DNA of 64,000 bases from Adineta vaga (taxonomy: Eukaryota > Animalia > Rotifera). This document shows, piece by piece, positions 12,345 through 27,197 of this stretch. The position numbers and the translations under genes are program-made. Positions within the stretch are counted from its first letter, which is position 1, and each line of letters opens with the position of its first letter. The stretch spans positions 5,704,001-5,768,000 of the forward strand of contig CP075495.1 in NCBI GenBank assembly GCA_021613535.1, written 5' to 3'. Below the pieces are notes generated by a model. The model searched no databases and was not told the DNA's origin. It saw only the letters and a list, made by a program, of their open reading frames with translations.

Positions 12345-15300
12345 TCACCGAGACGGATGTAATGAAGATGAATGATTATATTGTCCACCATTTGTTGAAC
12401 GATTATTATTCAATGAATAATCAAGTATATCCATTGGTTTTATTGTTGTTGCTATTGTTGTTGTCGTTAGATTTGATGATGATAATGACGATGATGATGA
12501 GAGATGAAGTAAATTTTCATTTGGTGATGTTAATGTATTTATGATTGGTGTTGGAAATTTACTTTCATTAGTTGATGGATAATGAAAGAGATTCGTTGAA
12601 GGTAGTGGAGGTGAAGAAGAAGAGGAAGAAGAGATTTTGGTTGTCGATGAACGACGTGCATCAAGAATATTTTTTACAGTTGAATCACTGGTACCATTAG
12701 AAGATGGACAAGTATTATTACTGTTCAAACTGAAAAAAATAATAACAGAAGTGATTAGATTGAATTGAAAATTTTCGCAAAATTACCGATTCGGTGTCGT
12801 TGATATGTCTTTATTATTCGATACAGCAGCTGTAGCTAGTGCTTGCTGTTGTATTAATGGACCGAATTGTTGAAAAAGCATTTGTGCTGTCCATGCTGGA
12901 TTAGTTAAATCTGAATTAGTCAGATAGGATGATGATGATGAAGATGACGAAGAAGAATGTAAATTTTTTCCATTTTCATCAATTTTTCCATTTGTTGTTG
13001 CTGCTAATAGATTAATTGTTGATGGTGGAAGAGTCTGTTCATTGGGTGTAGGTTCTTCATCCGATATATCTGAATATGCCGGTGAAGATGAAGTTGGTGG
13101 TGGAGGTGGAGGTGTTAGAGTTTTTTGATCTTTTTTATGGTTACTTCGATCTTTCTTTGAATTTGAATCGAGCATTGATGGTGATATAGAATTTTGATTT
13201 CGAATTGGTTCATCTTGAATATGTAAGAGAAAATGATCAGCTGGTTTAATCGATGATTTTAAATCGTCTTGATCAAGATGATTTTTATTCTCGAGAATAT
13301 TACTTTCATTATTGTTTAATTTGCACCTAGAAAGAAATCATAAAAATTCATTTCTTTCACTTATTAGATTTTAATCAATATTATGGTAAGGATTCAGAAT
13401 CAAAAAGAATGAAATTGAACTTTTTGATTGTCTCTCTCATATTTACCTTGTAGATTTTGGTGAAAGAATTTGTTCAGTATGATTTAATGGTGAAGATAAA
13501 ACAAGTTTCGATGAAATTTGTGGACATGGCCATGATAATGTTGATGGTGAACAATTTTCTATTGTTTTTATAGTTGATGGTGGAGAATTAACGATGGCTG
13601 GTGATGGAATTGCTTGTCGATGATGTTCAGGTGAACAACGTATAGATGAAGGTGGAGAAGTACGACGAACATAATCAGCAACATTAGCGAGAATATGTGC
13701 AACATCTTCTTCATCACGAGTACTCGCCTGTGGAATAATTGCTGCCGTTTCTGGTTTTTTATGTGCATTACTTAAATGATAATTGAGTGCAATAGTTGAA
13801 GCAAAACGTTTATGACATTGAGCTTCAGTACATGAGATTAATTGAGGTTCGAGATTAGTTGTTGTTGTTGCTGCTTCGGAAGAAGAAAATGTTTGATTAC
13901 TTGCTCGATGGGGTGAAGGTAATGGTGAAGAATTAGTTGAAACTTCTTCCATTATTGTCGTTGTTATATTATTCAGACGTTTTGATTGTCTTGATTTAAT
14001 ATTATTACGAAGTTTACGATCATCGACTCCTATTGTAACAGTATTGGATGTAATTTGTTGACATACAGATACTGATTGTTGTGTTACACAACGATTTGTT
14101 CCACCGGCACTATTACGTTTCGATCGACTAGTTTTATTATTACTTCGAGGATCATAGTCACTTGTTGGTGATTCACATGTTAATCTATCATGTAATAAAT
14201 AAGATATTGATCAATTCGATTTTAGAAAAAGAGGAAGTGATGGATTTCTTTTACCTTGGACAAGCCCAGTCTTGTTTTGTCGAATCAAGTAATGTACCAA
14301 CATAGGTTTTTCCTCGCCATGTGACATTAACAACGAGTACACCTGAAGCAAAAAGAAAAAAAACATTTATATGAATCTTTGTGTGTCTTAAGAAAAATTA
14401 AATCTCTAATTTAAAGGTAAAATAATTACTACCATAGTGAATAAAAAGAAAAAGAAGTTTTTCATCTCTGAATAAGTGATGCGTATGATTAATTGATTTC
14501 ATATCTTATATGCAACTGTTAATTGAGCTGGAAAATAGAAATTAGTGGATAGATACTATCAAGAAAACAAGAGTTGTTACTCATCATGATGATAAGATTA
14601 TATATATATAGATAGAAAGAAATATATTTTATGTATGCATTATATTCTGACGATCAATTCTCGAAGTATACTATTGATATATAAAAACAGAACAAGCAAC
14701 ATCTGTTACGTCTGATTATTTATTACTGATGTTTTAGCATCTATACAATCGTGTATGTTTATTATTATTATGACGATGTGCTGCTATTTCTAGTAGTTTT
14801 TCTTCTTCTTTATACGACTACAATTATTGTTGCTTACCGCTGTCGGTTTCATTCCAGACGATGCCTTCTAAAACGACGCTTGTACCCTAACAGAAAAGAA
14901 AAAGAAATGGAATGAATGAATATATTACGGCAAGGAAATGAGATTTAACGAAAAATAACGTACGGGCTCACAAGGACCAAGATGATCAGGTTCAGTTGCC
15001 AAACCAATAGAGACTGTTTCGACGCATGCATCAACTTTGGTTGAAGACGAAGACTGCTTAATAAAACAAACAAAAGAATAATAAAGAAACGATGTTTTCT
15101 TTTAATATGTATGTATATAAATATATATATAAAGCAGGTTTCATCATTAGAAATCGAGCAAATAAATAAAAAATTAGAACTACTGCAAAATTTCAACAGT
15201 AAAAATCGACAAAATGACATACATTTAAATCATCTCGTTTAAATCGTTTTGTTGAAGAAATATCATCCATATTTGCCATTAAATCATTGTTATTATTATC

Positions 15301-15645
15301 AATTGTGACCGAACGTTTCGTTGCTTGTTGTTGTTTACCATTAAATGCTGGTGAAGATGGTCGACGTGTAGGAGTTGTACTATTAGATAGAGAAGTACGT
15401 TTTAAACGTTGAATATTAGTTGATATCGAATGAGAATGATTGTCTTCTTCAGACATGTATGATGAAGGTGAATTAAGATCGTTATATTGTTGTTGTTTTG
15501 TAGTATGTCGCTTAATTTTCAATACGAGCGGAGATGATGACGATGAACTATTGTTCATATCATTTTCATTTGATATGTGAGATTGTTGTTGTTGGGATTT
15601 TGATGACGTTATCGTTGTTGGACGTTGTTCAATGAGAAGATTCAT
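12345..15645 (-). CDS. ZNF608/ZNF609 (Drosophila brakeless/scribbler) homologue, copy A, 7 exons
   Basis: Spliced motif [66 protein letters not shown]; single C2H2 finger [24 protein letters not shown]; [10 protein letters not shown] motif. Confidence 0.9.
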
Positions 15646-17878
15646 CGTGTGATGACGATGACGAGGCGGCTCATGCTGTTGCCTTACTTGGTCTTTGTAT
15701 GTGTATATATGTGTATATATGTGTGTGTGCGTGTGTGTTTGCTGGGTGGTCCTATAACCGGGCAGAGAGTGAGAGAGAGAACAATAACAAAAGCACAGAA
15801 GAGAGAGAGAGAGGGAGGGAGGGAAAAGAAAAGGAGAATATAACGCACGTATTGGCAATTAAGGACGGGCTTGGATTAGAAGAGGAAAGTCATATTGTGG
15901 ACTGTTGCTATTGCTGCTACTGCTATTACTGCTTCTACTTCTGCTATGATTTATTCCTTTTCCTTCTTTTTCTGCTTTTTGTCGACGGGTCAGTCTATTT
16001 CACATTTGTGAAGAACAAAGAAAATATTAACATGACGAGAAGAAGACGAAGAAGAAGAAGAAAAGACCATTTGTCGTTCTGCACATACACATACTCTATT
16101 CAGAACTACGTTTGCTTATAGAGAGTGATGATTGTCGTCGTCTCGTTTTTTTTTCTTCTTCTTTTCTTTCTTTTTCGTCTCGAGAGAAATGAATGTGTCG
16201 ATGCAAAAGATATATTTTTCTTCTTCTTCTTCTTTTCTATCGTTCGTTCGTACGTTCGTTTCTTCGTTCGGGCGGTCGGTCTGTCTCGTCCGAAGGGAAG
16301 AAAAAGAAGAAAATGTGGGCTCTCACTCGCCTTTTTGATGCCTATCTTACGTGCATACACTCGTGCGTTTGTGTGTTGTTGAAAGAGTTTCGGTCGGGCA
16401 CACGTTCTTTACTCGTTCGTTTGTTCGCCTTCTTCCTTTCCCTTCTTTTCCTTTATATTTTTAGCTAACACGCAAATGGATTCGAGGTCTACATATGCCT
16501 TTGCTCTTGCTCTCTTCCGCTTTCTCATCTTCTCATTTCCATTTCATCACCGTCATTGTCGACAAGCTGCATCGGATTATAATGGTAAATTCGTAGTTCT
16601 CTATTAGCTACGATAAGTTTATGTTTATATATATATATATATATAGAAAGAAATGTCTATGGGCAGAGAAACACTTCAGTCTTTTTCGTTTCTTTTCTTT
16701 CAAGAGATTCTTAAAACATTGAATGAAGTCCTGTTTTTAATTGACATCTCAATTTCTTCCATTTCGATAGGGGTAATTTTGCAAATATCGAAATGAAGTA
16801 TTCAATTCGATACTGATTCTGATTTATATTCTCATTGTCTCAATCAATCTATGTATGTGTACTATGTCAATATATCTATTAATCATAGTTGCAATGGTTT
16901 ATATAAAAATAATGATGTTTTTGAAAACTATACATGTATATACATAAACAAAAGAAGAGAGAAATCGAAGTGATAATTTTTTATTTAGATAACTTTATCT
17001 TTTTTGACAAGCTATTGTGATGATGAAGTTCGTATCATATTTATTTTCTGTCCTCATATTCAGACTTGATTTATGAAAGTACTATTAGATATACTTCTAC
17101 TATGTATATATTGAACCGCTTTGAGCTCTTCTACAAATCGATATATAATTTTAATGTGAACATATATACATATGCAATCATTGTTTGTTACTTTTCAATG
17201 TAACATTGATCATAATCGAAAGAAACGAAGAAGAAATGTGAAGAGAGGAAATTGCATAATGTCAAGAAAAATTTTCTATTATGAACAAGCACGCACACAC
17301 CTCATTGACGAAAGAGATTGGATAATACGATGGACTTGACTTGTTTGATAAAATATGCGTAATAAAGAATATCGAAAAAACATTCCTAGCTACTTGAATT
17401 GAAAACAACAACAACAACAACAATAACAACGACATTATCAAAATGCTATATGAAAACAAAATGATGATTCATCATTATTTCATCGTTTTTCACCTTAATG
17501 AAAAACAACACCGTGAACATAAAATCAAAGCCGTATATATATATATATATTCGTTCTTTTTCTTTTCTTGTTGTTTGTTTGATGATTATAGAGCAATAGT
17601 GATAGTAATAGCAATAGTACTAGTAATCGTAGCAATCAAAGAAAGAGCGAATAAATTTACACAGAGGTTATAGGTCTCTTTCTCCAAGAACATAGAACAT
17701 CCGACTAGAATAGATAAACTGAAGGAAAGAATATATACAACAATAATAACAACAATTAGAAACAAAGAAAAGAAGAAAGAAGGAACCAATTTTTACTAGA
17801 CATCAGAGCACCTTGTTACATATGTTTTAAAGAAAGAAAAAAGAACACACATACACAAATAATTGAGTATCTGATCAA

Positions 17879-17911
<33 letters not shown>

Positions 17912-17919
17912 CACAGAAA

Positions 17920-20489
17920 CTAGCGCGACGATTTCGACAGAGAAGATGACGGTGAAGTAGAACAGACAGATGGAAAACGGGGTGTTGTCAGTGGATTAAA
18001 ATAAAGTTGTGGAGGAATTGATAGATAAGATGAAGGAGAAACAGCAGATGATGATGGTGATAGTTTATTTTTGTTGGTATTACTGTGCAATGCGGATGTT
18101 GGTGAGTGATGATGGGGATGAAATTGTGATAAACCGAATGAATGTGGTGGTCCATGAAGAAATGGTGATGGAGGATAGTAAGTGGTTGGATTGGTTGGTG
18201 GCGAAAAAAGTAAACTATTAGCAAATGGATGTGGTGTTAGTAGAGAAGACGGTGTGGATAATGTTTCTTTAGTTTTTGATTTCGATGTTTTACTTGTAAA
18301 TGAAGATAAAAATGATGGTGTTATTAACGAGGATGGTGATGATAATGATGATTTCGAAGGTGACGGAGTTTGTACGATTGGATTATTATACGATGAAGAA
18401 TTATTATCGATTTTGATTGTTGTTTTTGTATTTGATAAATCCATTGGAATTGATGGAGTTGATGGTTCAATATTGTCTGTTTGTGGCAAAATAATTGATT
18501 TCTCTTGTATTGATGGTGGTGGACTGGATGATGTTGTACTGGTACCACTAGTTGTTGGACTAACACTTCTACTTGAACAATTATCACCTGTTTCATCATC
18601 TACACCATTTCGTACTAGAGTTTTTTCTCCTGATATTGAATTTGTTTCATCTTCATCATTGACACTTGTCGATGAGGATGATGGTGCACCACTACCAGTA
18701 TCGGTTAGTTTGTCTGTTATTAATGTTTCATCAGATTTGGACCGTGGTGCTTCAGGAATTTTGAATGAATTAGATTTTGATGTTGTACTTGGTGTTACTG
18801 TTGTGTATGTACCTCGACGTTTACCATTTCGTAAGATTCGTTCTGTTGGTTCATTAGACGAAGAATTTTGATTTAATTGTGAAGGAATCACTGATTGTAG
18901 TGGCGATGAAGACGACAATGATGATGTTGCTGTTGAAGTTAATAAATAATCTCGATTATGATTATGATGATGACTATGTCGATTATGTTTAGTTGGTCGA
19001 ACATCAGATTTATAACTATTAATAGTAAATAGAAAGAACAAAGGTAAAAAAAATTTAATTGACAATAAGTTTTATTATTATTTCTATTTCTTTGCTTTCT
19101 TTCTTTTTTTTTCTATATTTTAAAATGGTCTGCTCAAGTGAGATAGAGAATGAGTTCGAGTAGCCTCTTAAAGAACGTCGTATAGAGTGAGACTCTTCAT
19201 AACATACAAATTCTCGTTCTCTTTTTGCCTCTCTTTGCTTCTATTCATGATTAAAAAGGAATTGCCTTCAAGGCAATACTTACCGAGGTGGAGCCCAATT
19301 TTGTTCAGTTGTATTAAGCAATGCACCAACATAAGTTTTGCCTAAAGCATATTATATTTAATGAAATTTAATAGTGAATAGACAAAAAAAGAAAGTACTT
19401 ACCTCGCCAAGTAATATTTACAACAAGTACACCTAAAAGTTAATACATTTCAAAAAATCGAATCATCCTATATTGAGAAAGATTTTCATTACCTTTATCT
19501 GTTTCATTCCAAACAATTCCTTCCAAAACTACATTGGTACCAGGTTCACATGAACCAAATGATGATTCATCCGTTACGGATGACTGATCAACAGTTTTTG
19601 GATGAGTGGGATGATTAGTAGTATCATTATTAGATAATTCATTGGTCGTATTTGTTTCATTATTTGATGATCGTTGTTTTTTCTTTAAAGAAGAAGAAAA
19701 ATGCATGAATGAATTAATTGACAGATTTACACATTTATTCTGTCTCTTGAAGATAAGTGTTGTATGACGACAACGATGAATAGCAGACAGACATAGGACA
19801 GGACAAGAAGAAGAAGAAGAAGAAGAAGAAATAAAGCAGCTGCGTGCACATACACACACACATCTAGAGTGTGTGTGTATATATGCAAAGAGAAAAGTAA
19901 ATAGGGCGAATGCACACGCATACACGCACACATCAAGATATCATTATCCCTCGGGGATGCCGCGCGCGCGAAAGAGAAATAGAGATTGAATTTCCTTTCT
20001 GTCTTTCGCGCTTCAATTGTATTGTATTCTATACAATATATATATTACCTTTTTCTTACTGACTGATTGTTGTTGTTGTTCCTCTTGCTGTTGTTGTTGT
20101 TTGTTAATATTACCATTATTATTATCATCGTTTGTATTTATCGTGTCATCAACCATTGTAAGTTTACGCTTACGTGATGATGAGGATGATGATGATGTTT
20201 TAGTTGTCTTCACTTTAACTTCAACGGTCGTAGTCGTAGTTGTGGTAGTTAATAAAGTCGTATCATTTTCATTGTCAACTGAATCTGATAATTGTTGTTT
20301 CATTGTGGTCATTGAATTATTACAATCGATAGATTTTTCTTGTAAATGATTAATTTTTTCATCAAATTTTGCTGATGAGATTGTATTTGAATTAGTTAAT
20401 AAATCTGTTTTATTATTTCGTGGAAGTGTAAGACGAAGACGTTTTGCTGAATCAGTTTGTGATGATGGTGAAGAGTTAATCATCATCAT
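17920..20489 (-). CDS. ZNF608/609-like tandem paralogue, copy B; conserved domain only, no zinc finger; exons ~20489-20049, 19682-19493, 19432-19403, 19341-19284, 19015-17920
   Basis: Spliced motif [53 protein letters not shown]; all junctions GT-AG and in frame; long S/T/P-rich last exon. Confidence 0.82.
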
Positions 20490-21059
20490 ATTAGATAAAA
20501 AACAAATGTCATCTAAAAACAATGTAGACAACTGAAAGCATTAAAAACGATAACAGAGACAACTTTCGACACACAAAAAGCAGCTGGACTTTTCATGCTG
20601 ATTTGAATACACATATACACTGCAAATGATTGCCTTTGCTTTCTCTTCTCTTCTCTTCTCTCTCTCCTCTCTCGCCACCACTACTGCAAAAGAATAGCCA
20701 CTTCACGCGCGCACACACACACTTCGCTCTCTTCTTTCCTTCAACACAAACATAATTTATAGATCTACTCGCTCCTTGCGCTCTTTCTTTCTCCTATACG
20801 TATTTAACGCTTGTCGCGCACTTGAGTGTGTACAATTACAGATTCGCTAGCCTTCTCTTTCTGTTGTTCATCGTGTGATAACACACGCACATACACATAT
20901 ATATATACACCAAACGTATACGTGTATAGATGTATATACATGTATATGCATACGTACGTACACGATGAACTCTCCCCCTCCTCCTTCTGTTCGTTCATTC
21001 AATCATTCATTATTACAATCAATGCTTGCAGACATCGAAGATAGGCAATAGAAAAGCAA

Positions 21060-21143
21060 AGGAGAAAGAAAGAGAGAAGGGGAGAGAGAGAAGGGGAGAG
21101 AGAGAAGGGGAGAGAGAGAGAGGAGAGCAGAGGGGAGAAAGAG
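21060..21143 (+). repeat. Polypurine GA-rich tandem repeat (units like GAGAGAGAAGGG)
   Basis: Directly visible near-pure A/G tract with about three copies of the unit. Confidence 0.8.
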
Positions 21144-24100
21144 AAATCATCAAACGACGCGAATGATTAGAATAACAATCGACATCAAGTGCGTGTGTAC
21201 GACAGGAGACAGACGGCGGATGAACGACAGAAAATTCACTTAGCACGGAGGAGTGAACAAGCGAGAAAGAACACCCTCTTCTTTTCTTTATGTCGATTAG
21301 CAAGCTCTGTTGCCAGAAGGCATAAAGTGACAGCTTTGTTGCTAGTAGACATTCTAAACCATCGAATAAATATTGAATTTCAATCTTGCCCATCTTCTAT
21401 TGCTCATAAAGTACAATATATATTACTCTTCTAATTCGATGCTTTTGTATATTTTAATGTGCGAGAACGTGTATAGATGAATATATGTCAGGAAACAGAA
21501 CACAGGCATACACATATATACATATCAAGGTGAGATCGAAAAGATGAATGATGAATGACTATATGAATGAGGTATATAATCATTGTTGTCGTTTGAGCGA
21601 CAAATTGTAAGTGTACGACTATATGATGGGGGAGACGAGGACAACGACGACGACAATAATGTACGCATCGATAGTTGTCGATTACATCACATATTGAACG
21701 GATTAACTTTAGTTGTCGTCATCGTTGTATTGGTGCCTCCCGTGACATTTTATTCTTTTGCTGCTCTGCGATTTCACATAGGCACGATAAATTGGTTGAT
21801 TAAATATTGACTGTACACACATGGATGAGAGAATAAGAGAAAGACATGATGACAGCATGACAACGAATCAGAGAAGTCACTATGCCGCAGGGAGTTTCTC
21901 TCAAACTGAGCAACAAACATCATGCATGCCGATATTGTTGATCTTTTGATGTCGATGACACTAACACTCGCTTGCGCGCTAATTACGACAGCCTTCCGCA
22001 GTAAACAAACTGCTCTCATTCATTCACTCAGTTATTCTATAGAACGTCGACTAATACTACCCTTCCGCTCGACAGAGCGCACATACTGTTATTCTTCAAG
22101 TCATGCGCTTATATTCACTTATTCGTCCAATGTTAAATGACTTTTTATTATTGTCGAACAAAGAAAAAAGAAAAGAAAAAATATATAAGTAGATACACAC
22201 ACACATACTCACACAATTATCATTGTCCGACATCGATTATGTATGTATAAATATGTGTATATATACATATATATATATAAGATAGTCTAATTTCATTCAA
22301 AGATCAAATTATGTACACCGAATAGATTCCAGTTTCTAGGCTCAATAGAAAACAGGCGCGAACAAGGGACAAGAAATACTCCGAGGGGGTTGGATAATGT
22401 GCACATCGTGTAAAAAGAAAGAGGAAGAGAGAGAGAGAGGGGAGAGAGAGAGAAAAGAAAAACGACAATGACGGCAACGTGTATGTATATACTACTACCC
22501 TTCACTACTCTATAGCTGTTAGACAGAACAGAATCAACGAAAAGAAGGAAACGAGCACGAGCACACGCATATACACAGACAAACACATTGCTCGCTAGGC
22601 GTCGGCGACGGAAAGAGCGAGGATGGAGATCAAAACCAAGCGGGTAAAGACATGAAGAACAACGAATACGACGAGTAAAGAAGGCGTATAGTATAGTGGC
22701 AACAGACAGACGATGATGATGATGATGATGCTGTTACTACTATCGCTTCCACTCAAGGGAGTCGCATCATTTCACACTCAAAAGGCAATTGACACCTCTT
22801 CTAGCGCGTACATTGATGATAGACGACATAGACATATAAAGTGTTGAAAGAATAACGATGAGACTTAATTTAGTTGAACAACAAATTTTCTTTTTAATAG
22901 ATGAGAACTTTTCTATAGATATGTACGTACGTACATATATCTATATAAGCAATTAGCGAATACATAGCATCTGGCTCAAACAAGACCAGTCAATCTTTCT
23001 ATAGATATTTTCACCGAACAGTCATTACGTGCATGCCCTTTGACACGATTGACAGACAGGCACAAGGTACAAGTATCTCTCAAGAGACATGATTCGAATA
23101 TCAAAGAAATTAGTTATCGTCCGCTGTAGCCTTGAGAGGAAAAGAGTTCTATACGTTTATATATATATATTTATCTATGGATATACCCTATAACGTATCG
23201 AATGATGTTGATGATGATGATGATGACGACGACAATATATATTAAAGTAGATCTATTATATACATGTGATGTATTGCACAATCATCTTGTTCTATGTGTG
23301 TTTGTATAACAGTATGGTATTCGTGGCTTTTATCAATACATAGAACGAGAAGAAAATATTGAAGCAAGGAAAAAAGAAGACAAAAAGGTAATAAGAAATA
23401 GTGTACTAAAATTCAACAGCAATAATTAATTAGCGGTTACTACACACACGATATCTTGTCATCGTCATCGTCGTCGTCGTCGTCGTCCTCCTCCTCCTCG
23501 CCATCTATTTTCTCTCGGTCACCCCTATCGCTTACATCAGTGAAAAGAAACTGAGAGAGAGAGAGAGAGCGCTCATTCGTCGTCGCGTTTACGACATGAA
23601 ACGGAAAGGAAGAGAAAGAGAGAACTCCATTTATGTGGATAAACGAGGATTTGATGAAATATGAGCTATGCGTGCATATGTGATGGGAAGAAGAAGAAGA
23701 AGAAAAGAGAAAGATGTGCTTTTCATTGCAATTAATCAAACGAGAACAGGCAAATGATGACGGCTGAACGAATAACGACCAGAAATATAGTACAAGCTTT
23801 ATCCTGTTTTCTTCACTATTTTTCTCTTGGGAAAAGTGTTGTAATATGGTAACTCATTAAGTTCAACAATTATAAAATGAAGGAAATGACGAAGAAGAAG
23901 AAGAGGGGAAAAGGAAAGATCTTTTATGTGTTATATGCGCGTGTTTCAATGATGATGATCGACGGAAACGAGTACAGTTAGTCAATGCTAATCTGTTGCC
24001 TTACAGTATGCGTCTATTTACAAGTATGTATACGCGATAATATGATCTTTGCATACGAGTGGAGAGAAAGAGAGAAATAAGAAGACAAAGTAAACTGCTC

Positions 24101-24147
24101 GTCGTCATCAAACAATTGAATCTGATCAAGAAGTGCAGCTTACAACA

Positions 24148-24178
<31 letters not shown>

Positions 24179-27112
24179 CATACTGTTCACAATGAATAAA
24201 AAGAAAAGAGAACGCACGAGAGCGCTCAGTGGAAATGCAAAGTTAATTGCTACTGTTGTATGTTACTGCGTTTCTGTTCTCTGTTTGATTCTCAAGAGAA
24301 TTGTCGTCTCTTTTTCTCGTCATCTAATAGAATATTCGATCATCATCTCTCCCTTAACGAAATGACACAAATCGAATTGGACTGCTTGTCTAGTGACTGA
24401 CTGTTACTAATCAACAATATAGCAATCTACGTTTTTTTTTCTAATTTGCCCTCCAGTTATAAATGTATACACACCTTTATATAGCGATTAGAAAATGTGC
24501 ATTCAACTGTGTTTGATTAGTAACTCTAATGATGAGAGTAACTGTAAACAGTCGTAGCAGTAACATATAACATAAAGGAGAAGAGAAGAGAAGAAAAGAG
24601 AAGAGAAGAGAGAGAGGGGAAAAGCGACTGGTCGTCCTCGTGATTGATCTTATCGTTTTACATGCGACGCGTAAAAGAGAGAAAGAGAAAGTGAAGTATA
24701 GTTAAGAAGGATGAGGGCCACCAACAGAGAAGAAAAAGAAAAGAGATAATCGGACCAAAATGTGCTTGTTCTATATGCTTACGTCAATATATGTATGAAC
24801 GACAGATGAACAGGTGGAGAAAATGATGATGACGATTAAACATCTATAGATTTGAATAGAAAAAAAAGAAAGCTGGATAAATGTATATGTATTATACTTT
24901 TCACTCCCACCAACTGACTGACTACCGCCTGTGGCGATGACCAAGATGAAAATGATTAACATTCACTCAAATAATGAGTCAGCTCGTCTACATACATGTA
25001 TATGGCATGTGATGATGATGATGATGATGACATGCAATAGTAAAGCAAAAGAAAAAAGATAGATCACGTACATGACAATGACAACAGAAGGAGAAAAGTA
25101 TATAATAAAAGTCAGTAAAGGCTTCTTATTTCAATTGTCATTGCCGATTCTTAAAAGAAATCAACTTCTTCCTTCCGAGTGTTTCATATACATTAGAAGT
25201 ATCCTATTCAATCAAACCATGCAAATGTAAAAAAATTACAAATATAATCTTTTTTTCTCGAGAAGAAAAGAAAACAAACGTTTTTCTTTTTTCTTTATTT
25301 CTCTTTCTCTTTAGAAAACAATAATAATCTCGTTTATGTTCTTCTTTGTTATTTCATTTGTTTAATATAAAAAAAAAGAAATTTTTTTTTCCATTCATGC
25401 AAAACATATCTCATCAAGTGGGGAAAAAGAAATGAAAATCACATGAATCAACACGCACATACAACATGATTACAGATGAAGTCGTCGCATCGTTGCGCGC
25501 GCATACACACAGCACTAAATTCAACACATAAGAACAACTAGCTAACGCACATTCACAGCAGTCAGGAAAAAAAGAAATGCATGCCGATAATGAACTATTT
25601 TCAATCGCGCACAGCCTACGGATGGAGGTCACGCAATGTACCACTCCTATATAAATATATATATATATATATATAGTAATAGAGCAATGATGCTTTCCGT
25701 CCTCTCAACAGATCAATAAATCAGATAGATTCATCGTTCGTCGGCTTTTTCCTGCTTCATGGTATATGTGCATAGAATGAAAAAAAAACAAGCAAGATAC
25801 AATCATTACATATAAACATATCTTGATATATTTATATACCGTTGCCTTACTGATGTGTATCTTGTCTATTTTTCTATAAATTTATTTAACCTTCTATTTG
25901 AAGAAAATATTAATAAATTAATAATAGTTCACTTCTTCTTTTCTCTCTCTCTTCCTCTTTCTTATCATCAAATTTTCTTTCCCTTGATATTCAAAAAGTC
26001 GTTTTGATGAATGAAAAGAAATGACATAAGTGTTATTAATAAATCGGATAGAATAGAAATTAACATTTAAGAAGATTAAATAAATGAAAAGAAAAAAACT
26101 TCCACTTCAGTAATTTTATATAACAAAATGCATAAAAATTAAATACAAAGAAAAAGTTATTCAATGAATAGATGAAAAAAAAGATCTACGCTTGAATTAA
26201 TCAATAGACACACACACACACAAAGAGATTTGCATCTTACTAATCACTATCATTATCGACCAAAAGACCTATATCAATCAACTTGATTTTACTATTTTGA
26301 TGTAGAATGATAAGATTTAATTCTCAAATATTCTTTTTATCATCAATTTGCTTGTTAGATTAACGGTTTCAAATTCAATTCTTCTCAAATGTCATGCATC
26401 GACAATAGTTCAACATCCGAGAATTACTAGTCAAGTATAGATTAAATCCGGAAACAAACCGAGAATCACGAGTTCATTTATTTCCGTTTTCTGTCATTTC
26501 TACAAGCGAGATTTTACTGGTCTAAAGACAATTATTAGAAATTTAACGAATGAAATAATCAAGAAAATGTATCAATCAATGTATGTGAAAAGATTTTCTT
26601 CTATTCGATCATTATCACAACTTCACTTAAGTAGACAATAATTGCCAATTGAATGATATGAAATTTCATAACAAATTCTTATTTTTAAAGTACTTTAAAG
26701 TGATCTCTTCTGATTGATATCAATATAAATGAAAAATGTAGACGAATTTGTATTTTTAATAATAAAAATAAAAAATATTCTTTTTTCTCTAAGAAACTGA
26801 TAAATATTACTCAATATTTAACTATTTATCATAGATAAGATAATTATAAGATCAAAAATAGAAATAAAACTAACGTTATATAACAATTTAATCAGTCGGT
26901 ACTAGTTTTCCTATCTATCGAACTTCGTCATCCAATAAAACTTCAAAAAAAAAATATATATATTTATCTCCACTTACTTATTATCATCAATTTTATTTCA
27001 GTTCATTGTTTTCATGTCGAACGATGTACTTTTGAATAGAAAAACTTTGCACTGTCAGTGTAAAATCTCTCCATCTGGATTTTCTCTCACACCTCTCTCT
27101 ATTCAAACTCTG

Positions 27113-27119
27113 TATAAAA
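27113..27119 (+). promoter_or_regulatory. Putative TATA box of the 27198 gene
   Basis: TATAAAA ~80 nt upstream of the ATG; AT-rich background weakens the call. Confidence 0.45.
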
Positions 27120-27197
27120 AAAACGCGAAATCTCATTTTTTATTATCCCTCTACATTTGCCTGAGAGTCTAAACAATCAAAAAACAAGACTTCTACA

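Noticed and set aside
11500-12400. Overlapping K/R-rich and F-rich ORFs here and at 15600-17800, 20800-25700, 31500-34700 and 58500-59900
   Set aside because: Translations of microsatellite and homopolymer tracts in UTRs or promoters, with no splice or motif support
18182-18871. 229-aa plus-strand ORF
   Set aside because: Antisense shadow of the S/T/P-rich last exon of ZNF608 copy B; V/D/G composition mirrors the sense codons
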